A DNA stretch of 64,000 bases from a virus (taxonomy: Duplodnaviria; Caudoviricetes), in the IMG/VR virus record IMGVR_UViG_3300012007_000001, positions 32,001 to 96,000 of that record; one strand, 5' to 3'. The notes under the pieces are model-generated. The model was not told where the DNA came from, ran no database searches, and saw only the letters and a program-made list of their open reading frames with translations. Positions within the stretch are counted from its first letter, which is position 1. Each line of letters starts with the position of its first letter. Both the position numbers and the translations under genes were made by a program. Of this stretch, positions 1-10,023 are shown one piece after another.

Positions 1-16
1 TCTTCCATACGCATGA

Positions 17-45
17 TGGCGGGGCTGTAAGAACAGCCCTCGCCA
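17..45 (-). promoter_or_regulatory. GC-rich hairpin just downstream of the DGR target gene (candidate DGR homing hairpin)
   Basis: TGGCGAGGGCTGT-TCTT-ACAGCCCCGCCA, a few nt after the stop codon of the CLec-fold ORF. Confidence 0.6.
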
Positions 46-49
46 AATG

Positions 50-1009
50 TTAAATGTTAAATGCGGCCACAGGACGAACAACGAAACTGTTAAACTTGCT
101 GTAGCCGTAGACGTAACCAATGACGAAATACACGGTCCAAGCAAGGTTGCTGTTGAACTCAGTAACAGACCAGTAGTATTCTTCCATGTCGAATGGCTCG
201 CCGCCAACAAATTTTAACGCTTCATTCAGACCGTTTTCGGCATAGTGACACATCAGCACCACCATAGGCAATGCAGGGATGCACTCTCCATCTGCCAGCG
301 GTATGTCCGTTCCGATTTCCTGAATGTGCTTCGTGCGCTCCACACACTCCCAATCCAGCAGGGCATCGCATTCACGACGGCGGTACGATGGATGTTCCGA
401 CGGGCATTTGTCGGTGTCCTGAACCAAGGCGTACTTGCCAAGGTCTTTCAGTGCAACGGCAAAAGGATGCCCGTCATGCACGATTCCGATGTACTTCACG
501 CCCTCTGCGTCGGCCTTGTCATTCTCTCCAGTGTACGGCTTATAGCTGCCATCTTCATAGATAAGGTACAGGCCGTTAGGCACTACGTTTCCGCTGGCAA
601 CTGCCACGGGTGCAGGATTACTTACTTCGCGCTTGTCACCGCCCATGATGAAATCGTAGGCTTTCTGCGCATCTTCTTTAAACTCGCGGTAAAGTTCCAA
701 CCGCATTTTCTGATTCTCTGTCATAGTTCTATCGTTAATGAAAATTCTGTTCTTTGGCATACCGTTCATCACGTCTTTCAACTCGCCTAAACATGCAAGA
801 TAGCTTCGTAATGCTATAATGTTCGGCTCATGGGTTTGTGGGCTTTCCACTTCGTCGATGACGTAGTTAGCACCAGCACGAAAGGCATCTTCAATTTCGA
901 TGTCATAATGCTTTTGCCAGCCCCCATCAAGCTGTTTCCGCGCATCACTACTGATTTTTACCTTTTCGCAGTATTCTTGCGCCTTTTCTGTAATCGGTAA
1001 CTTAATCAT
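50..1009 (-). CDS. Probable DGR target protein with C-terminal C-type-lectin-fold (DUF1566/Lcl-like) variable region
   Basis: C-terminus YYWSVTE...AW.VYF..G.......K.....VRPVAAF; start placed at ATG 1009, which overlaps the upstream TGA (ATGA coupling). Confidence 0.8.
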   Translation of the reverse strand: MIKLPITEKAQEYCEKVKISSDARKQLDGGWQKHYDIEIEDAFRAGANYVIDEVESPQTHEPNIIALRSYLACLGELKDVMNGMPKNRIFINDRTMTENQKMRLELYREFKEDAQKAYDFIMGGDKREVSNPAPVAVASGNVVPNGLYLIYEDGSYKPYTGENDKADAEGVKYIGIVHDGHPFAVALKDLGKYALVQDTDKCPSEHPSYRRRECDALLDWECVERTKHIQEIGTDIPLADGECIPALPMVVLMCHYAENGLNEALKFVGGEPFDMEEYYWSVTEFNSNLAWTVYFVIGYVYGYSKFNSFVVRPVAAFNI

Positions 1010-1308
1010 TTCTTTATCTGATTTAACTGTTCGTAATACTGTTTGTTGGAGAATTGCGGGGTATTCCACGCTTCGCGCTTCCGTGTCAGCTGCTTCTCCT
1101 TGCGCTGCTGATAGACCCTGTTCATACTACTTATTCTTTTTACGTTTCTTTTTCTTCTTAGGCGGGGTGTAGTTCGACCCCTTGCCCCATTTAGTGCCGC
1201 CACAAACAGCAGGCACAAACTTACGCAGTTTTTCAGCCCTGTCCTTTATCTTCATGCAGGTCTCATAGACTTGCGGGTGTTCCACCTTGCAGCATTCGCA
1301 TCCCATAG

Positions 1309-1590
1309 CTATAACAGTTGCTTGATTGTACCGTATGCAGCACGTATCTCTTCCGCATGTTCCTTTGCGAACCTGTCAAAAGCACCGTCGCCGCCAAAAA
1401 TCTTATCCAGTTGTGGCATGATGTCACCAGCAGGATTCAGCCAAGAGTCTGCCTTGCATTCTTCGGGTGAATAGATGGCTATCATACTTGCATTGTGGCC
1501 GAAATGCAGACACATTGCGAAATAAGCCGCCAGCTTGTTTTCCGCTTCGATTGAGTATTTGCTACTCATTGCACCATATTCAATAACCAT
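1309..1590 (-). CDS. hypothetical phage protein
   Basis: ORF in tightly packed minus-strand operon. Confidence 0.6.
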   Translation of the reverse strand: MVIEYGAMSSKYSIEAENKLAAYFAMCLHFGHNASMIAIYSPEECKADSWLNPAGDIMPQLDKIFGGDGAFDRFAKEHAEEIRAAYGTIKQLL

Positions 1591-1593
1591 AGC

Positions 1594-2136
1594 CTATGCC
1601 TTTAAGAAATCTTCCACGTCCAAATAGTCAATGCCGTAGTTCTCGGCACATTTCTTGTCAGAGTCATTAAACTGGCCATCCTTGCCACTGGCATCGCCAA
1701 TCATCAGCATATTAGCCTTGTCTTTCAGCCAGTTTGCACCGTATTTCAGTTTCCCGTCTATCAAATCCTCCAACATGCCAGTATTAGGCTTGCGCATGTG
1801 GTTGTTCTCATCCATAGACGCGCAATAGATAAACGACACTTCCACATCGCCATCATCGCTAACACACGCATCCTTGCTGTTCAAATAGGCTTGAATGAAT
1901 GAAGCGATACCCCACAGCTTTGTTTCAAAATCCTTCTTGGATATGTGCTGCGGTATTCCACCCTGATTAGTCACGATATGCAAGAATTTCAGTTTATCCA
2001 TGCACTTAATCTTATCCAGCACATCCTTTCTTATGCGAAAGTCCGTGCAATCTTCGGCAAATGTATTGCCGCTGGCCGTCTGAATCAGTGTACCATCCAA
2101 ATCGGCAAAAAGAATCATCTTTTCGTTAATGTTCAT
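1594..2136 (-). CDS. HAD-IIIA family phosphatase (polynucleotide 3'-phosphatase / GmhB-like)
   Basis: DLDGTL, VTNQGGI, RKPNTGM, MIGD...SD motifs. Confidence 0.9.
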   Translation of the reverse strand: MNINEKMILFADLDGTLIQTASGNTFAEDCTDFRIRKDVLDKIKCMDKLKFLHIVTNQGGIPQHISKKDFETKLWGIASFIQAYLNSKDACVSDDGDVEVSFIYCASMDENNHMRKPNTGMLEDLIDGKLKYGANWLKDKANMLMIGDASGKDGQFNDSDKKCAENYGIDYLDVEDFLKA

Positions 2137-2147
2137 ATTCCTGTTTT

Positions 2148-2453
2148 TTAATAACCGTAATAATGCCCTAATTCAACCTCTCTTCGACTTAGGCGATAGC
2201 GTTTGCCAACATTGAACTTGTAATAATCGTTTGCAGAACATTCAACAGGTCGCAAATCACCAGTTTCAGAATCCTTCATAACGACATAGTACACCGTTTC
2301 CACAACTTGTTTCTCGGTGAAGAAATTGTAGTGGGAGCCAACATCCTTAGACTTTTCCACCACTTCATAGACGCGCTGCTCCCTTTGGCCGTCACAATCA
2401 GAATTTGACATGCAGACCAGCGCAATAAATACAATGATAAATAAACGTTTCAT
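2148..2453 (-). CDS. small exported/membrane protein
   Basis: N-terminal signal-like hydrophobic stretch MKRLFIIVFIALVC. Confidence 0.55.
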   Translation of the reverse strand: MKRLFIIVFIALVCMSNSDCDGQREQRVYEVVEKSKDVGSHYNFFTEKQVVETVYYVVMKDSETGDLRPVECSANDYYKFNVGKRYRLSRREVELGHYYGY

Positions 2454-2459
2454 ATCCTA

Positions 2460-2768
2460 TTACTTATTTAGTTCCTTCCATTGCAGTACGGCTTCATACA
2501 CCGTCTTTGCAGGTTCTATCCCTGCATCATGCAGGGCATCGTTCACTCCTTCCATGATTGCGTCCACATCCAAGTATTCATCGTATGGGTCAAAGAACTC
2601 GGCAACGGCATCGTTACAACAAAGGTGCATCCGCTGCTCATCCAAATCGCCGTCTGTGACAAAGACGTTATGCTGATATTTCTCGCCCTTCTTGATGACA
2701 GCACCGCAAAACAGACATCTGTGCTCCTTGCGGGCTACTGGCTTTTCCTGACGTAATACCTCGGTCAT
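2460..2768 (-). CDS. Zn-finger-like phage protein
   Basis: [18 protein letters not shown]...MHLCC motif. Confidence 0.6.
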   Translation of the reverse strand: MTEVLRQEKPVARKEHRCLFCGAVIKKGEKYQHNVFVTDGDLDEQRMHLCCNDAVAEFFDPYDEYLDVDAIMEGVNDALHDAGIEPAKTVYEAVLQWKELNK

Positions 2769-3568
2769 TCTGTTTGTCTGTTTTTAGTCTGCAATATCTT
2801 TACCATTGTAACATAATGCTCATCTTTCCGATGAAGCATATATCCCATCCTCACATACCAGTCGCAAAGCCAGTCAAAGTTACTACAGCTTTTATCTACG
2901 TCAAGCTGCATGAAAGACCTATTGTTTGTAATGGCTACCTTTTCGCATTTCTCCATCAGCATCTTTCCGATATTCTTCCTTCTTTGGCTTTCATCCACGA
3001 TAAGCCCCTTAACAAATGCCGTTGAAGGGCAGTCGTTTTCAAGCTGTAATTCCACCGACGCAATCCCGTTACATTCTATCAGTGTTATAGTCCTGCCCCA
3101 CCACCAATCAACCGATATTCTTGTCAAATTGTCATACTTCATAATTCTTCGCTTATGATTCTTTTCCTCGATTTCCCTTGATAACGCTGGCATGTCAGGA
3201 TTCAACTCTTCACCAGTCAAGTCACGGTAGATGTGCTGCAACTGATGAAGAAATTCAACCTTCCACGGTATCGGCCTGTAAGAAGGTGAGCCGAATCCTG
3301 TCACGCCGACCTGTTTCTCCAGCGGGTTGTAAGAAATCAGGTTGTCACCATTGAACTTGAACAGGCCAGCTTTGAATCCGCACAGTTCCAGCACCCTTTC
3401 AGAAAGTGGTACAGGCATCAACTCTTCGTGATTCACCTCTTCAATATTGTTGTCACGGTCAGCACACTTGCAATATGTCTGCACGGTTATGATTTTCAGC
3501 ACACCAAGACCATGCAGGTGGCAGAACCAGTCATTAACCCTTATATCCTGTAGATTCAGCAGTTCCAT
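2765..3568 (-). CDS. two-domain protein: phage domain (L..CGF...LHQLQ) fused to GNAT acetyltransferase
   Basis: C-terminal half [15 protein letters not shown]...L.V.....L..WY.RMGY; N-terminal half resembles ORF 61904-62323. Confidence 0.7.
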   Translation of the reverse strand: MELLNLQDIRVNDWFCHLHGLGVLKIITVQTYCKCADRDNNIEEVNHEELMPVPLSERVLELCGFKAGLFKFNGDNLISYNPLEKQVGVTGFGSPSYRPIPWKVEFLHQLQHIYRDLTGEELNPDMPALSREIEEKNHKRRIMKYDNLTRISVDWWWGRTITLIECNGIASVELQLENDCPSTAFVKGLIVDESQRRKNIGKMLMEKCEKVAITNNRSFMQLDVDKSCSNFDWLCDWYVRMGYMLHRKDEHYVTMVKILQTKNRQTE

Positions 3569-3572
3569 AGCG

Positions 3573-4535
3573 TTACGAATTTGCGATTATACCCCGTGTG
3601 AATCGGTCATAGTACTCATCGACATTCATGCCGAAATAGAACCTGACACCGTGAACATTACTCATTGTATCAAGCAGGTCATCCAGTTCGCCCAAAGACT
3701 TCTTTCCGAAATTACGCTGCTTCAAGAGGTCTATCTTATTACACTTCACCAAATCACCGAAGGTCTCCAAGTCAGCGGCCTTTAGGCAGTTCAGCGACCT
3801 TACAGTAAGATTCATGTCAACAAGCCTTGTATTCAGAATCCCCAATATCTCCTTGTCCTGTTCCGACAACTCATCCATAGCCTTTTCTTCTGCGGTCTTG
3901 TGCTTGTCATGCTCGACCTTGATATTCAGTTTCTCACGCAATTCTGCCAGTTCTGCCTCCTGTTTCTTCAACAGACTGCGCATCATCAGGTTTTCGGCCT
4001 CTGTCTCATTGCACCTGTTCAGCACGTCGCCATAGGGCTCAAGGCTTCCCAGCTTCCGCATACCCTTCTCGATAATCTGCCTTGTGCGCTCACGGGTAAT
4101 GCCGTACTCGTCACCGATGGCTTCAAATTCCGAACCGTCCAAGTATTCTTTCAGAACACTTCGCTCACGCTCAGACATTATCTCGTTATCTACGCAGTCT
4201 ATCATCGTATGAATCATGCGAATCAGTCTTGACGGCCTTTCCATGCCGTTGACCATAGCGACATCAAGCATCCATTGGTCATTGGCCTGTCTCAGCTTGT
4301 GAACCATTTCGTAATTCTTCTGCTGCAAATCCTTGATGACCTTTTCCGATTCGGCCAAGTCTTGCAGGGAGTCAAACAGCTTAGTGATGGTGTCTCTGTC
4401 AACCATCAGCCACTTGCCGACCTGCTTTGCACGGAGTACACCCTTGCCGCACCAGTTCGTTATTGTCTGCGGGTCAACGCGGAGGATTTCCGCTGCCTCC
4501 TGCCTTGAAATCATTCTGCTTTCACTGCCCTTCAT
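3573..4535 (-). CDS. HTH + sigma70 region-4-like + RNA polymerase alpha-CTD-like transcription regulator
   Basis: SRQEAAEILRVDPQTITNW; IGDEYGITRERTRQI; LTVRSLNCLKAADLETFGDL...LLKQRNFGKKSLGEL. Confidence 0.85.
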   Translation of the reverse strand: MKGSESRMISRQEAAEILRVDPQTITNWCGKGVLRAKQVGKWLMVDRDTITKLFDSLQDLAESEKVIKDLQQKNYEMVHKLRQANDQWMLDVAMVNGMERPSRLIRMIHTMIDCVDNEIMSERERSVLKEYLDGSEFEAIGDEYGITRERTRQIIEKGMRKLGSLEPYGDVLNRCNETEAENLMMRSLLKKQEAELAELREKLNIKVEHDKHKTAEEKAMDELSEQDKEILGILNTRLVDMNLTVRSLNCLKAADLETFGDLVKCNKIDLLKQRNFGKKSLGELDDLLDTMSNVHGVRFYFGMNVDEYYDRFTRGIIANS

Positions 4536-4955
4536 ACCTTTATATTCATGTTTCGTTTAATCGTCTTTACTGCGGTTTCACGCTTTCCGTTCACCCACGT
4601 CTCTAACTTTGTGTCGTAGAACACCCCAAATTCGAGGTTATCATGTCGGCGCATATAGATGTCGCTGCCGCAACCGTCGAAGTCTGCCATGAACACCACG
4701 GCGAACCCTTCACCGTGAATGCCCCACAATCCTTTATATATGCCGTCGGGTATTGGCACACGCTCTGAATGTGTGTGCCGATAGTTCAACGCTTTCAAAA
4801 TGGCGTTCAGCCCTTCATTCGTCTGCATGTCATCCTCATGCCTGTGCTCGATGATGACCTTTGCGATGACCGTAAAACGCCCGTTCCAAAGCATCTTCTC
4901 GACGATTACCTCGTCTTTGGTGCTGTAGCTGATGCCGAATACCTTTGCCATAGTC

Positions 4956-5606
4956 TTATTCGTTGTCGCCCCACAATTTCTTTGCAAGGTCGAGATTCTT
5001 CTGTGCCTCGTTGACCGCTTTCTTCGCGTATGTCAGCGAATAGGCGTGTTCACGCGGGTATTTGCCGCTCTTCAAGCCCTGATGATACTCGGTAGCCTCT
5101 TCCAGCTTCTTAGCATAGTAGTCGATGCTTTCGGGCATTGACAGGTTGATGTCGTCGGTATGCTGCGCCCATCCTTCGGCCTTGTCACGGTAGGCTTCGG
5201 CCTTATCCATTTCTGCCGCCATCTTTCCAGTATTGCGCCAAGCGTCATCAATCATCTTGCGGTGTCTGCGCTCACTGTGATGCCCAACCTTGATAGGCTC
5301 ACCCAGCGAAAGAAAGTCTGCATCCTTATTCGACTTGTCAAAATACTCTTCTGCCCGCTTGTCTGCGTTTGCAGCTGCCTGTTCATAGCGTTCAGCCTTG
5401 CGCCTTGCCCGCTCCTGCATGTTGTAGCCGTCGGCACGGGTGATGGAGTAGTAATAGAACCCGTCACGCACAAAGATAAGGTTGTGAACGATGCTTTCAT
5501 TCTCCTTTCCGTACTTCGTCGTTACTGCGATAACCTCACCCTTTTCGTGCTTTGCATCGCACTTTGCCAAAAATACGTTTGGTGCAAACTTGTGATATGT
5601 ATTCAT
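4956..5606 (-). CDS. DUF3560-like protein
   Basis: LGEPIKVGHHSERRHR motif. Confidence 0.8.
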   Translation of the reverse strand: MNTYHKFAPNVFLAKCDAKHEKGEVIAVTTKYGKENESIVHNLIFVRDGFYYYSITRADGYNMQERARRKAERYEQAAANADKRAEEYFDKSNKDADFLSLGEPIKVGHHSERRHRKMIDDAWRNTGKMAAEMDKAEAYRDKAEGWAQHTDDINLSMPESIDYYAKKLEEATEYHQGLKSGKYPREHAYSLTYAKKAVNEAQKNLDLAKKLWGDNE

Positions 5607-5655
5607 ATTCTTTCTTGCCAGTGTTTTGTCTGTCGGCGGCAGTTCTAAACGGTTT
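5607..5655 (-). ncRNA. repeated pseudoknot-like 5' leader motif, copy A
   Basis: TTTAGAA-CTG-CCGCCGA-CAG-ACAAAACACT-GGCA-9 nt-ATG. Confidence 0.65.
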
Positions 5656-5839
5656 GTTTGTTGTCTGATTCGTATGCGTATTCAAGTTCAGCGGCCATTT
5701 TGCCACTTGTAACGTCATCTGCATTGTATGCCCAAGCAAGATGCTCTGCCAAGTCATTCAGGCGGGAGAAATCACGCATGGCGTAAGCCACGACCTTGAA
5801 ATCCATCTTTGCCAGTTCTTTTAAAACTTTCTGCTTCAT
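5645..5839 (-). CDS. small hypothetical protein
   Basis: first ORF after promoter and leader copy B. Confidence 0.6.
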   Translation of the reverse strand: MKQKVLKELAKMDFKVVAYAMRDFSRLNDLAEHLAWAYNADDVTSGKMAAELEYAYESDNKQTV

Positions 5840-5890
5840 TTCTTCTGTGCCAGTTTGAACAGTTGGCTCGTCTGCTTCTAAATGGTTTTG
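5840..5890 (-). ncRNA. repeated pseudoknot-like 5' leader motif, copy B
   Basis: TTTAGAA-GCAG-ACGAGCCAA-CTGT-TCAAACT-GGCA-8 nt-ATG. Confidence 0.65.
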
Positions 5891-5906
5891 TTTCTATTTG
5901 TTGGTG

Positions 5907-5974
5907 CAAAGTTAAGCATTTAATTTTATATTACCAAATATTTTGCAAAGAAAATAAAGCAAATAACTTTATTT
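5907..5974 (-). promoter_or_regulatory. Bacteroidota sigma-A-type promoter (TTTG / TAnnTTTG) with upstream palindromic operator
   Basis: TTTGGTAA...TAACTTTGCA at 5907-5938; AAATAAAG-N7-CTTTATTT at 5952-5974. Confidence 0.75.
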
Positions 5975-6091
5975 AACGTTTTGAGCGCATTTCTACCTAT
6001 TTAATAAAAAGGTGCAAGAATAGAAATCAATACTGACACTATGATTCTACCTTGCACCCACCGCATTATGAACAACAAGAAATCATATCTT

Positions 6092-6508
6092 TCAGGTTTG
6101 CGGAAGTTCGGTGTCATACACAACCTTGCCCGCATAGTTGCTATCTTCTTCTTCGCCGCTGAGATGCGCTTTCAGCCAGTCGCAGCAGCATCCAGCCCAC
6201 CCGATAAGGTAGCAGAACGATTCGGAAGAGTCGCCACAAATGGGCTGGTCAATGTACTCAAAGACATCTATGCCCAAATGACCGCATTCATGCACGATGT
6301 TGATGGTCTTGATGGCCTTCACGTCGCGGAAGCGGAACAAAACGACATTATCCTGCGCATTCTTCGTGACACGGCAGGCCGTCATAGCAGGGCAGTTGGA
6401 CTCCAGCGGTTCGCAGTCAAGTTCAAAGAAGCCACGAATGGCATCCGTACCGACACAGGCCATGAGTCGGAACGGATAGAAGTGCTGTTCAAATTCGTAA
6501 ATCTTCAT
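6092..6508 (-). CDS. hypothetical protein with HExxH motif
   Basis: IVHECGH...E.FCYL; coupled to portal stop codon. Confidence 0.6.
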   Translation of the reverse strand: MKIYEFEQHFYPFRLMACVGTDAIRGFFELDCEPLESNCPAMTACRVTKNAQDNVVLFRFRDVKAIKTINIVHECGHLGIDVFEYIDQPICGDSSESFCYLIGWAGCCCDWLKAHLSGEEEDSNYAGKVVYDTELPQT

Positions 6509-7926
6509 TATTCTGTAGGTTCGTTAGGTTGCTGGACTGGCTTCTGTAAAGCGGCCTTGCGCTCGGAATCGGCCAGTATCTTCTCTATTTCTTGCTGGGG
6601 CGCATCGGTGATGGCCAGCATCGTAACGGCTGTTTCCAGTGATACAAGCCCACGGTCATACAGTTCGCCGATAGACTTCCATAAACGCTCCTTATCCTCT
6701 GCAAACGGCTCTGCATATTCACCCTTAATCTTCAAAGCGTCGATTTCCGTCGCCATTTCGGGATGCAGCAGCTTCAGCAGCGCAAGTTTCAGATTCTTGT
6801 CACGGTCGAGCAGCGGGTCGTATGTTTCCTTCAAGTTGTCGCGCTTCATGTAGCCAAGTATCAACGCCCTGCGCAAAGCCTCTCCGCTTAGTGTTCCAAG
6901 CCCCTTCATCTTCTCATACGAGAAATCAGGCGTGAAGGTGTCATTCAGGATGGAATCATGCAGGTTGTCATGCTCATCCCTGCGCGAATCGCTGTCTGAC
7001 GGCGGGTTGACATAGCCGAAGCGTGATTTCTCTCCAGTCAGCTGAATCATCCTTCCGACGGTCTCGCCATTCTTGAGGTACTGCAAAACGTCTGCGGTTG
7101 CCTCTGCCAGCGGGTCGGCGAAATAGTTGTTGTTGTCAGCGTGCTTGGAATCGTTCATCTCCTCACGGCTGATTCTTCGCTCCGCGCCATCCCATGATTT
7201 ATTCTGATAGAAGTAAATCACTGGAATCTTGCCGAGGATGTTGTCATACACCGTGACCTGCCAGCCTACGGCAGAACGCTGGCACTGGAAATAGTAGTCG
7301 GCAGTCCAAATGTCATAGTGCTGCACATGGTTTCCGTTTTCCTTCAAGGTATATCCAAGCGCAAAGGCCACCATGTTCTCATACTGGTCAATCAGCGGAT
7401 GCAGCCTGTAGCCCTTGGAATACGCGGCCACGAAGTTATGGTATTTCAGCACACCGTTCTCTTGGTACAGCTGATAGACAAGTGCCGATTCCAGTTCCGA
7501 GCCTGCCAGTCGCTTGCACTGCCTCCACTTGGCATGAAAGCGCGTGTCATCCAGCATGTCCTTATACAGCTGGAATGCCCTGTCAGAGCCCTCCTTCTTC
7601 TGCCACTTCGGGGGATTGGCCAACAGGAAGAAGAGTTCCACCTCGTTGATGTACCTCTGACGGGTTCGCGGCAGCTTCTCCGTCTGATACGGCTCTTGCC
7701 CTTCTCTCCACTTGTTAGGGCGGTTCATTACATCGTGCGTCTGCCAGTTGTATTCACGAATGGCATTCGTCACAGCTAATTCGTGGTCTTGCATCAGGTT
7801 GATAGCGCGAGCCACATCATTCTCAAGAATGTAGGCGTACAGTTCACGCAATACGCCTGCACTGTTAAGTGTGACACCCCTAAACTGCGTCATCACCTGT
7901 AACTGATAATCGTCCAATAATGGCAT
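6508..7926 (-). CDS. phage portal protein (SPP1 gp6-like)
   Basis: about 470 aa, follows terminase; NILGKIPVIY, LSGEALR motifs. Confidence 0.85.
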   Translation of the reverse strand: MPLLDDYQLQVMTQFRGVTLNSAGVLRELYAYILENDVARAINLMQDHELAVTNAIREYNWQTHDVMNRPNKWREGQEPYQTEKLPRTRQRYINEVELFFLLANPPKWQKKEGSDRAFQLYKDMLDDTRFHAKWRQCKRLAGSELESALVYQLYQENGVLKYHNFVAAYSKGYRLHPLIDQYENMVAFALGYTLKENGNHVQHYDIWTADYYFQCQRSAVGWQVTVYDNILGKIPVIYFYQNKSWDGAERRISREEMNDSKHADNNNYFADPLAEATADVLQYLKNGETVGRMIQLTGEKSRFGYVNPPSDSDSRRDEHDNLHDSILNDTFTPDFSYEKMKGLGTLSGEALRRALILGYMKRDNLKETYDPLLDRDKNLKLALLKLLHPEMATEIDALKIKGEYAEPFAEDKERLWKSIGELYDRGLVSLETAVTMLAITDAPQQEIEKILADSERKAALQKPVQQPNEPTE

Positions 7927-7939
7927 AGTTCTTTCCGTT

Positions 7940-9295
7940 TTATTTGATTGCAATCTTACTATTCTTCTTTGTCACCTTTAGATTCTTCACTATCTTACCC
8001 AGCAGCTTGCCGAGCGTGTAGTAGCGGGCAGCGTCGATGGCATGGTTCCACTTGTCAACTGGCACGTTGATATAGTTGCCATCCTTATCCTTATCCCAAA
8101 CGTAGTTGCGCAATTCCTCATGCAGGTCAACAGAATCTTCCGTAACGAAGATGTCATCATAACTCTGCATCTTGTCAATGCCAGCCACGATTGAGCCATT
8201 CGGCTTCTGAACGGGGTATATCATTATTCCACCAAGAGCGATTTCGTCGATGAGTCGCGGGTCTGCACTATCGGCGAACACCATCAATCCGCTATACGGC
8301 TTCAGGAACTCTATGATGTCCTTTGACAGCATTCCAGTCCTGTAGCACAGCAGTTTTATATAAAGCCTGTTATCCCATATTCCGCACATCACGATGGCCG
8401 TTGGGTCATGCGTATATCCGAAGTCGATACCCAATGCAACGTGCTTGCACTGCGTCGGGAACTCCTTCACGATGCCCCATTTCTTGAACACAGCACCTTC
8501 CGCAACATCAGCCCACTGCCCCATGACGATGTGCGCATATCTTTCGGGGTCTGTTCGCTTCATGGTTTCCACGTTCTCGATGAACTGCGGGGAAAGGTTC
8601 TCTATGTTGTCGAGGTATGTCGTATGGATATGAAGCACGTCGGGATGCGTCGAAATCTGAACTGGTACACCGTCGAAGTATTCAATCCTGTGCGTGTCCT
8701 TTATATATTTCTGATAGATGAAGTGTCCGCTGTCCGTCGGGTTCATCACGATGATGATGAGGTTCTGAATGCCCAATGTACGGATGGAAAGCATGATTTT
8801 CTCAAAGTCATCAAACGAAGTCCACTCTTCCGCTTCATCACAGACGAACACCGTCAGGCCGTGGATTGATTTCAGCTTTGCCGTCTGATTGCCCGATGAG
8901 GTCTTGATGCCTCGGAACATGATATGTGAGCCTGTCTGACGGTTGATGACATCCTTCTTTGTGGCACGGAAATACTTCTGCGTACCCTCCATCTCTATCT
9001 TCTCCAAAAATTCGGGGATGACAGAAATATCGGCTGACACCATCGTATAGCGGGCGCAAAGAATCTGATGTGCAAGCAATTTGGCTTCATCACGCGGACT
9101 CGGCACGGCTTCAAAGGTCAGGCGTTCCAAGAAGGTTTCGACATTGAAAGACTTACCGCTTCCACGACCTCCAGTGACAAGCACAATCATCTTTCTGCCG
9201 TTGTTCAGATAGAGAGGATGGTAAACAGGCTGCACCTTGATACCCTTGCGCACCTGCTTCCGTAATACCTTCCGTCTATCTGCTACCCTTGTCAT
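7940..9295 (-). CDS. terminase large subunit (PBSX family)
   Basis: GGRGSGKS Walker A, VCDEAEE Walker B, GIDFGYTHDPTA, NHAIDAARY. Confidence 0.95.
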   Translation of the reverse strand: MTRVADRRKVLRKQVRKGIKVQPVYHPLYLNNGRKMIVLVTGGRGSGKSFNVETFLERLTFEAVPSPRDEAKLLAHQILCARYTMVSADISVIPEFLEKIEMEGTQKYFRATKKDVINRQTGSHIMFRGIKTSSGNQTAKLKSIHGLTVFVCDEAEEWTSFDDFEKIMLSIRTLGIQNLIIIVMNPTDSGHFIYQKYIKDTHRIEYFDGVPVQISTHPDVLHIHTTYLDNIENLSPQFIENVETMKRTDPERYAHIVMGQWADVAEGAVFKKWGIVKEFPTQCKHVALGIDFGYTHDPTAIVMCGIWDNRLYIKLLCYRTGMLSKDIIEFLKPYSGLMVFADSADPRLIDEIALGGIMIYPVQKPNGSIVAGIDKMQSYDDIFVTEDSVDLHEELRNYVWDKDKDGNYINVPVDKWNHAIDAARYYTLGKLLGKIVKNLKVTKKNSKIAIK

Positions 9296-10017
9296 TCTTC
9301 TTTCTGTACGTCTGATTCTACATTGTTCCAGTCATCCGTCATTTCCGCATCTATCCAGTGAGATACTGGTATGCCCTGCTTGACGTTCTGCGGCAATTCT
9401 TCTTCATCCTCGATTCCGCGCTGGATTTTCCTCCAGTTCGGGTCATGGTGAAACAGAAACGTCGATAGTGCCTGAATGTTCGGTGCAAGTTCCGATTCCG
9501 TCTCTTGAACTACGGCCTTATCCGTCAGTACCGTTATGCCAGTACCGCCGCACATTGGGCATTCCTTATCGTTTCCGTTACAGATGCAACGCGCCTGCAC
9601 ATACCTTGTTGTAACCGACTTAATCTTCCTTCCACCAATGGCCGCACGGTAGTATGCAGCCCTTGCAACACCGATGGCCTTTTCCCGCGCACGGGCTAAG
9701 ACGTGTGCGATGTGAGCGGAGCGCACGGCATTTTCTGATGCTGTCCACCTGTTGTAGCTTCCGTTTTTCATGTGGCTGAACACCTCGCGTGAAATGTCGA
9801 GTTGTGCCGCAATCTCTGTGTCAGTCATCCCCTGTCCTGCAAGCTGGTCAATCTTCTTGAAAAAGATTCCTTCGGGGTCGTCGTAGTCGTATTTGGCTTT
9901 GGAGTCGGGAACCTTGACGAGCGGCGCAGATGTCTTGCGTCGCTTCGTAGCTGCCTTTTTCACCGTTTTCTTCTTCGGCTTGGCTGCTGCTTCTGTCTTT
10001 TTCTTCCTTTCTGCCAT
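9292..10017 (-). CDS. terminase small subunit with Zn-ribbon insert
   Basis: upstream of TerL; G.TD.EIA..L HTH; CIC...CPMC; ELAPNIQALSTFL. Confidence 0.8.
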   Translation of the reverse strand: MAERKKKTEAAAKPKKKTVKKAATKRRKTSAPLVKVPDSKAKYDYDDPEGIFFKKIDQLAGQGMTDTEIAAQLDISREVFSHMKNGSYNRWTASENAVRSAHIAHVLARAREKAIGVARAAYYRAAIGGRKIKSVTTRYVQARCICNGNDKECPMCGGTGITVLTDKAVVQETESELAPNIQALSTFLFHHDPNWRKIQRGIEDEEELPQNVKQGIPVSHWIDAEMTDDWNNVESDVQKEE

Positions 10018-10023
10018 GATGCT

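Noticed and set aside
60-185. DGR template repeat or reverse transcriptase within the window
   Set aside because: No second copy of the VR and no RT motif-bearing ORF were seen.
5840-5890. Leader motif as a known preQ1-I or guanidine-III riboswitch
   Set aside because: Similar H-type topology only; the conserved ligand-binding sequences and typical downstream genes do not match by eye. An Rfam search is still needed.
6041-6853. Long plus-strand ORFs antisense to real genes (e.g. 6041-6853, 10847-11635, 21204-22187, 35064-35849)
   Set aside because: Shadow frames of well-supported minus-strand genes with no recognisable motifs.
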